A DNA stretch of 57,077 nt, counting the filler, from Sphacelaria rigidula (taxonomy: Eukaryota): NCBI GenBank assembly GCA_964200075.2. It is 7 parts of 7 records of this genome, joined end to end, with 100 filler letters (N's around TTAATTAATTAA, not from the genome) between each part and the next. Parts side by side here need not be neighbours in the genome. Positions count along the whole stretch, not along the records: positions 49,011 to 57,077 come from CAXNAA020012421.1; 6 more parts are not named here. One strand, written 5' to 3'. Below the pieces are notes generated by a model. It was not told the DNA's origin and did not search any database. It saw only the letters and a program-made list of their open reading frames with translations. Made by a program: the position numbers and the translations under genes. How positions within the stretch are numbered: the stretch's first letter is position 1; the number at the start of each line of letters is the position of its first letter. Shown here one piece after another: positions 49,289-57,077 of the stretch.

Positions 49289-51293
49289 AGTCTGTGGTGT
49301 TGCCAGATGTCGCCTAGCTAGCTACCTAGCTACCTAGCCATATATCCCGCAGACGGTCGACGAGGGAAAGGCAGTGCTGATCCCCTGTCACGATAAAAAA
49401 TCAAAAGGCATCCACCATAGAAAGGTACAGCTCCGCATCGAGGACATTGTATTTCACCTGCTTACGGTGACATTTGTTTCACTGGACTCAACTTTTTATG
49501 CTGTATATCATTGTACGGTAGGCGCAGCCCTGTATACAGGATTATGTCTACTGTAGATATACAGCTCTGTATACAGGACTATCTCTACTATAGACATATT
49601 CGCCGTCTACCCTCGAATCTCATTTTGATCATACCAAATCAACTATAGATTATATAATCAAAAAGCAGGTGTTTGAGCATCTTCGGTACACTGTGTCTGT
49701 CTGTTCAGTACTGCCTGAGCGCCCTACTTGTTCCACACCTCCATCTGGTATAAATCGTCATGGCGCAACACGCGAGCGGCGGCCACGAGTATCGTACGCA
49801 CATAGATGTAGACAAGTACTTCGACGGTGAGGCGACCGCCATCGCCGAGCAACTGCTCTACGGTAGTCAGGGGCGTTTGTTGCGGCAGTCATGGTGTGAT
49901 ATCCAAACGCACGCTGCGTACACTCGGCACGTTCTACACTGTGAGATCCAGTACGCTGCAGACCGCACGTGCAGCCGCTGCACGATACACTACAAACTGC
50001 ACAGCAAAAATATGAGGCGTAATAATCACCTGGTATACAACCACACCACCGTCTGTGTTCTGACTCTCACAACTATGTGCCTCTCATGCACTCCCGGTCC
50101 CTTCCGCCGTAGAGTACTGTAGGCGTTTTGAGTTGTTAAAAAAGAATGATGCCAAACCCAAAAAGTGGAGTGTCTACCTCAGTCTACCAGCGGAGGGGTC
50201 GCAGTCTGTGCTGAAGCCCTGGACCGCGTCGCCGGCACTCCATCTCAATCACGCATGCTCTTTTTCAAGTGAATATTGATGCCGATTCAACAGGTGACCT
50301 GCCCTCGCGGTCGAAGGATCAACACCGATATCCTCTTTCGACTTATTCTCACTAATGTTCTTAAACATGCTTTTGTGGACTGTTGAGTTCACACAACGGG
50401 GACCCACATGGCCTAGATATGACGCTATTAGATGCTTCATGTCAAACCTTAAGAGTGAGGGATCTTAGATGTTTCGACCTGTGTTTGTGGTGAAGAAATG
50501 CCCCGCCATGAACACGCTGCTTTGGTTCGGGTTCTTGTTCAGAGTTTACACGATCTTGAGAAGGCTTTTGTGGTTCGGGATCGACACCCCGCGAAAAATA
50601 GCCAGTGTGGGCGACTTTCCTTGGCCAGAACACGCGCCATCGGTATCACATGACACCTAAACCTCACAGGTAATGTACCGCTGACCCCTCTTCGTGTACT
50701 GCAAAAGAAGGCGCGGGCTAAGATGCCTTGCAGCCAGAGAAAGCGCGGCAAAAGTGGTGAACAACGCGAAATGATATGTGCACATATTGAGGGGCTCGGC
50801 TATAACCGAGACGGTTCGCTTGGAGGTTCGGAACAGTTTCTTCTCTGCGTTTGACGCCAAGGGTGGAAGAAAGCAGTCTTACGCCGAAAGAAAAAGAAAC
50901 AATCGGAACAGAATCCGACATATTTTTGCCCCAATACGCAGGCACACACCGCGCAACCCCAGATTCAGCAAGATGGGTTTGTTGTCTGTAGTCTACATGA
51001 CATGCAGTCGAAGTTTCAGCACGTAAAAGCACTAACAGCGCTTGCACGGCGGTGTCTCCTGGAGTGAGCCCCTCTACAGGCGATACCGAGATAGGTACCG
51101 CGTAGAATGACATCCATCCAGAGTGTGCGCAATACGGATCGATGTGTTCGTTTGCCGGGGCAGGAGCCACCCAGCGGGAAGTGAGCGTATCTGCGCGTCA
51201 AGATATGCATCCACTGACGTCTCACGCAGTCTGGGCCGAAGGGACTGCAGTTTGAGGGCGTATCGATGGCATTACCCAAAACCTGTATTTTGC

Positions 51294-51499
51294 AAGGGAG
51301 GTCGAGTAAAGTATACTCAATTGCGGGGTATTTTCAAAGTCGCACTTAAAGTACACAAATTGGGGGTAGGGTTGTAGGGATCGCTTTCCAGTTATTTTTG
51401 GGATACGAACCCTCAAACTCTACCCTAATTTGAGTGCCTCAAGTGCGTCTTTCGAAAAATACCCCGCAATCGAGTATTCTCTACTCGACCTGCCCTGGA
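51294..51499. mobile_element. Hairpin MITE of about 205 bp with 8-bp direct flanks
   Basis: Imperfect arms of about 95 bp (GGTCGAGTA..TTGCGGGGTATTTT). TATTTTGC at 51286-93 and 51500-07. Confidence 0.85.
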
Positions 51500-51726
51500 T
51501 ATTTTGCTTCGTGCTACTTGCGCACCACGTAAAACGTGCCGCCGCTCCGGGAATATGCTGTCTGTGTTGTCCTCTACAATACCCCTGTGCAAAGTTTCAA
51601 GCTGGTCAGAACAGACACGGCGGAGAAATCCACAAGTAAAATAAGCCTTGATGTGTACTGAAAATACAGTACTAAACCCTGTTAAACAGTGTAAACCGTC
51701 GAAAGATACATGAGGTGTGTACGAGC

Positions 51727-53250
51727 TATAGCCTCTGCCAGACGATCTGGACAAGAGGGCTATTCAGTGAGGGACTTCTCCAGAATCCACTGGCCTCACG
51801 CTCGATAAGAACTTATGTTAGAGCATCCATTGACGAAGTGAACAGCTGCGGCCTGAACCTTCATGCATAGGCTACACAGCAAGGGTCATCATCCACAGGA
51901 TGCCCTTGTCCCCTGGTCATCACCCAGGATCCTACATGCTACATTTACTACGCCTTGGTGTATTTTGGCTACAGCTGTAGGCACCGTTTTATGAGAAATA
52001 GTCACGGGCGCACCCGTGGCGCTCTGTGCCATTTGCGGTCCATAACCTAGTGGTTGCTGTAGCTGGGCGTACCCAAACTGTGAAGACATCTGTTGCAGCA
52101 ACCCCACACTTATTGATGTGATTGCTGATCCAGAGTCGAGAAAAACTCGAGCCATAAAAGAACCAACAGAACCGGGTATAGATAGATCAGCGCGCAAACA
52201 TTCTGCGCTGCGGTCGACAGGTACCACACCTGCCGAAGAAAAACTCTGGTTAGTACCTAGTCACTTGACGCCAAGGCAGCGCTCCAGCACTTGACATCGA
52301 TGTTTTTGCATTCGTCGCAACAGTGGAAGAGACACCCGACACGAATCCTGCCGGGCCTATGGGTTGCGAGCCTTCCGCTCCAGCACTCCCCACCAAAGTA
52401 TTATCTCCTCCCACATATGTTAGCCGCCCCGACACAGACGAACCTAGAGATCTAGCGTCATCATTTGAAAACGCACTTAAGGATACAGTAGCGGCGGAAT
52501 TACTATTCTCCGTCGCTTGGTTTCGTTTTTGGCCCCTGCCTCTGCACCTGTATCTCTGGTTGCTTCGACCTTGTCCGCCACAGCAACCGCCTCGAGATCT
52601 TGACCTATCTCGCGCATTTCCTTGCGCAGCGCCTTTTGCGCGAGGCTCGGGGGAAAATCTGGGAATATGCCCATGGTCGCCACAATTGTAACATACGCGA
52701 GTGAACAACGCTCGCGAAGTCGGCAGCTGTTTCTGTTGCTTACACTCGTCGTACTTTGACGATTCCAACGGTTTATTCCAAACCAGCGGCATCTTTGCCG
52801 CTTGAGCCATGTTCTCTATGACTCAAAAATCACGGATAGACTCTTGCCTTACTTGAGCGTCCCTCCAGCGGAGTGTGTTCCTCCAAACACTGTGCGCTGT
52901 AAGCTGTCTTCCGTCTGTGGGCTGAACTAGCTCTATGCTGCAGCCCAACCCCTCCTCAGCCAAAACTCCTCTAACAGAGTGCCGGAGAATAATATCTAGA
53001 TATTATAGCCTCTGCCAGACGATCTGGACAAGAGGGCTATTCAGTGAGGGACTTCTCCAGAATCCACTGGCCTCACGCTCGATAAGAACTTCTCTTAGAG
53101 CATCCATTCACGAAGTAAGCAGCCGCGGCCTGTACCTTCAGGCTTGGGCTACACAGCAAGGGTAATCATCCACAGGATGCCCTTGTCCCCTCGTCATCAT
53201 CCAGGATCCTACATGCTTCATCTACTAAGCCTTGGTGGATTTTGGCTCAC
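51727..53250 (-). mobile_element. Internally deleted Ty3/Gypsy-like LTR retrotransposon with gag and protease remnants
   Basis: Direct repeats of about 245 bp at 51727-51973 and 53004-53250, starting TG on the minus strand. Degenerate zinc knuckle CYNCGDHGHIPRF(S) in 52250..52810 and retropepsin motif FLDSGSAITSIS in 51889..52227. No RT, RNase H or integrase. Confidence 0.85.
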
Positions 53251-53612
53251 GCGATCCTCCACGCGAAATATTCAGTCGATGCCGACACGAAGGACGGGTT
53301 TCAGGAACGCCTCTTTGTCCTATTGTTGTACTCACGGAAAATATCTCTGTTTGGGAACTTACCGCGGGTAAGAAAGTATCTCGATGGAAATCGCCTGTTT
53401 CACCCTCCGAAATTATCCCGAAGATGAGGTTTAGGCGGAGGTCGACATCTCGGAACGATCGTATCTATTCGGTGATACTGTTCCGCAGCGATTTTTCCGT
53501 TCAAAGGTTTTGTCAGGGTTCTAGTCGTGGCCGACTTGCTATCTCAGCGAGAAGCGGTCAGCCCAATGACATACATGAAGCAAAAAAAGAAATCTTGCTT
53601 TCAACAAAAAAA

Positions 53613-54006
53613 GGGTATTGCCATTTACGTCAACGTTGACGTAATCTGTTACATCCGCCAACGTTCAGCATCCGTCCCACAAACCCCGCATGGACATAGC
53701 AACACATGGAAAACACTCACACAGTATCTAGCTATCGTTCAAGCCATCGCACGGAGAAAACGGACCCGTAACTGATGAGAAACATACTTGTGGCAGAGTG
53801 AGCACTCTTGTGGCATGCCACCATGCATCATGCATGTATCTCATCCGTCACGAGTCCGTTTTCTCCGTGCGATGGCTTGAACGATAGCTAGATACTGTGT
53901 GAGTGTTTTCCATGTGTTGCTGTGTCCATGCGGGGTTTGTGGGACTGATGCTGAACGTTGACGGATGTAACAGATTACGTCAACGTTGAGGTAAATAGCA
54001 AGACCC
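53613..54006. mobile_element. Near-perfect foldback element of about 394 bp, possibly a Mutator-type MITE
   Basis: Arms of about 175-185 bp with few mismatches, GGG...CCC termini, similar C(A)n flanks. Confidence 0.85.
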
Positions 54007-56274
54007 CCCAAAAAAGTGTTTTGAACAACTTGATCGTTTGTTACTGGAATTGCAACTCCGGCCGTAAACGAAACTGTCGCGTACACGATACGCGAGGGTG
54101 CTCGGGTGTTCATTTTTCTTGTTACATGACCGCCCTTGTCATGGGCAGTGCGGGTTCCGCCACAAACAATGCCTTGTGGTCCTCTACAACGGTGTCGACG
54201 AATAAAGCTTGTAATTCGGAGGTGCCAACATTCCCCCAACCTTCTCGTCGGCTGAAAATCGTCAGCGAAATGCCAACAGCCAACCACATGAATGTTCGAC
54301 ACCTCACAATTAAATGGGCTTGGGGTCAAGGCTTAACGGTAGGACTTTCGGCGGGCTTTGTGAAGAACGAAATGTAACGTTTGTCGAATATTGCAGTTCC
54401 GCAATAACCAAGACACGGACATAGACCAACCCCGCCGAAAAATAGTCATAGCGTATTTTTTTCCGTTGATGCCAGCCCCGTTATAGTCGGGGCCCTCACT
54501 GCATACATCCCCGAAATGCACACCGAAGACAAAATGAAGCCCAACGAATCCGATGATATGACATCGCAAGAGGTCTCGTCGATAATTTATTTGGGGGGGA
54601 AAGGAGAAGACATGACTCTCGCAATCAGGCGCCGGATGTTCTTGCTATTTCCAGAGAGTAACATATTGGAGGAGCCTGCACAAGTACCGGCATCCCTTGC
54701 AAAGCGCACAATGTCCGCAGGAAGAACATCTGCCCTCAACACTCAATACCCTCATGATATGACCACTGCATCCTTCGCAGCGGCGGGCGACTCAGGCCAC
54801 AAAACCGTTCGGGAAAATGTCGACCGCTCACATCAATACGCACGATGCGCCGGCATCGTTCGATACCCAACAAATCCTCGGACTTTTTATGAGAAAAAAC
54901 AAAACAAGAGGAAATCGCGCCCGTTGCCTCCTCCACCGCCGCCGCCGCGGGCATATCTGCAGAAATTGCACCGAGATGTCCAGCGCAGAATGTGAAGGAC
55001 AACCGATCCTTTATTGAGCCCACATTACATCCTACTGTATACATAGTCTTCATCCATCCGCGATGCAGCCCGTGGCAGCCTCATGGTCTGGGTGTGTTCG
55101 CCCTGTTGGTGCACCTGAGGTGAAAGGTAGCGCACACGGTGAAAAAAACACGCAAAGAAGGTCAGCGAGCCTGAGTCGCGTTCCTTTCAACCCCCCGGGG
55201 GGGTGGGCATACCTCACGAAAACACCGGAAATGGGACGGCGTCGCCGCGCAGCATGACTGATCGACATAAATCGGATGCAGCATACTCGCGATACTCCCA
55301 GAAGGTCCGGTTTCCCGTTGCTCACTCACCGACAGCCAGCTTCCAATGCCATCTACGACAGCAACGTCGTGCTCCCCTTATCCAATAAAATCACAGATTG
55401 CAACAATAAAATTGCTGCAACCCCACCGCAGCCCCATCCACCCAACGTCATATCAAACGGAAAAAGAATTATCGGGGTTGCGGTTGAAGTACGGGCCTGG
55501 GGATCATGATAAACGAGGGGGGACAGAGGCACATGACTATCGACGCGGACCTGCCTCGCCGAAGCGCTTGGTATCATACCTGTGCGTTAACCACTCTCTC
55601 ACACATCGTTCATCCGGTCCAAATAGATATCCAGCACGTCCTCACCTGTGTCTCCGTACGCAGCATATGGCTACTCCGATGACGTGCTGCTGCGGCACTC
55701 ACACACTTCATCCGAGGTCGCTTCTGCTTCGTCGCCTCTGTCACCCCCGGGATCCACTTCATCGGCCATCACCAATTCCAATCCGTCGCTAAGCGGTACG
55801 TTTTGCGCGTCGATATCTGGATCGCACCGCCTCTTGTACCCACACAGTATGGGATGACAATCCCTTCCAAGCTTCGCGCATTTGCAGTTGCGTGTTTCTC
55901 GGCCACCAATGGGTTACACCCGCACAGAAGACGATTGATCCTCCTTGTGGGGTCGATGCGCGCGTGTTTCGATAAGTTGACGACAACATTGGCCTTCGTC
56001 ATGGGCGTTTGCGGGTTTTGAGTCGTCGTACTCCAACCGCGATTGTTGAACTCCACGTGCGCTAGCTCTTTATCATCTACACACGACAGTTTTTGTTCGA
56101 CGGAAATCCGTCCAGTATTGGATGAGAGGTGGTCGCGTGCGTGTCGAATAGCAACCGAAAACGTGCTTTTGCTGACTGTTTTTGACCGTGTGCTATGCGC
56201 GTGTCTCACGCAAATCATCATTTCTCACTGAATTCTAAACCTATTTGAGCAAGGTCACTCACAGTATGCTTAGC

Positions 56275-56813
56275 TAGGCCCTGACTTCTAAGGCATGCCG
56301 AAGGGGGTTCTAAGGCAAACCGTGTAAGGCACGTCTCAGGCAAAATAGTTGGCCTTGGGCAACTGCTAAGGCATGCCTTACCCCCGTATTCATGCCTTAA
56401 ATGCCTTAGTTAATAGTTCGGGATGCCTGAGACCTGCCTCAGACTTGCCTTCGACAACTACTCCGGTTACCGAAATAATGGGAATGAGCGTTGTCATAAG
56501 CTGGACTTATTGCTTTTGTTTTCGTGGGATAACGTGTCTGCCTTTGTTGAATAATGCATCTCAGGCATAAAACACCTTGCCAGGCAACCCCTTTTCGAAA
56601 AGGGGGTCTCGGGCAAAAAGCACAACCCCGGTATTCCGACTAATTGGAGTTGGCGTCGTCATACGTGTGCCTTACTTCCATTCTTCGTTGTAGTTTATGT
56701 GCTTGCCTCGCCCAAACAAGGCATCTCAGGCGCCATACCCCCTCTCAGGCAACCTCTTTCTGCAAAGGGGTTCTGAGGCAAAAAGTAAGGCATGCCTTAG
56801 AAGTCAGGGCCTA
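56275..56813. mobile_element. hAT-type MITE, 539 bp
   Basis: Perfect 25-bp TIR TAGGCCCTGACTTCTAAGGCATGCC, 8-bp TSD TGCTTAGC/TGCTCAGC (7 of 8 match), many internal (A/C)AGGCA and TGCCT motifs. Confidence 0.9.
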
Positions 56814-57077
56814 TGCTCAGCTGATAAGCAGCAATGAATAAAGCGGTGTGTTTTAGTTTGGGAGGGCACATATTTCCTCAGGTTCACGTTTGATTGTGTT
56901 GACTTGTCTGTCAAGCCTTCGGTTATGCCGGTTATGCCCCTGTCAACGGGATGTTTCATGTTCCCGTTGGAGGTGTCACAAAATCACTTTTGCAAAAGTG
57001 ATCTCAGGAAGTAACAGCCGATTTTCAAAAATGGGGTTGAAAACAAAAATGAGGTTCAACTCAAAAGCCGTGCTTTC

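Noticed and set aside
53527..54329. Duplicated convergent gene pair encoding the same peptide
   Set aside because: A consequence of the DNA palindrome, with no independent coding evidence

Overview
This is eukaryotic nuclear DNA, not prokaryotic, and it is not one continuous locus. Seven contigs of 8069, 8069, 8068, 8068, 8068, 8068 and 8067 bp, sorted by length, are joined by identical 100-nt linkers (N44-TTAATTAATTAA-N44), so adjacency across linkers means nothing. GT-AG introns of up to 3 kb, a PPR gene, a plastid fibrillin gene, roughly balanced GC, TTAGGG repeats and dense microsatellites suggest a repeat-rich photosynthetic stramenopile, probably a brown alga (inference). I reconstructed partial spliced genes by hand: NOP56 (ATG-only first coding exon plus exon 2), the terminal exon of a PPR protein, four exons of a PAP/fibrillin protein, two exons of an uncharacterised FPGT-like nucleotidyltransferase, a low-complexity first exon of unknown function, and two exons of methylcrotonyl-CoA carboxylase beta. 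The rest is mostly mobile DNA: a multicopy tRNA-derived SINE, hAT-like, Sola-like and foldback MITEs (two of them sharing one TAAT target), a deleted Gypsy-like LTR element, other dispersed repeats, a 63-bp minisatellite, long hairpins and several decayed ORFs I could not identify. I found no CRISPR array, rRNA or intact tRNA, and no clearly complete novel multi-gene system.
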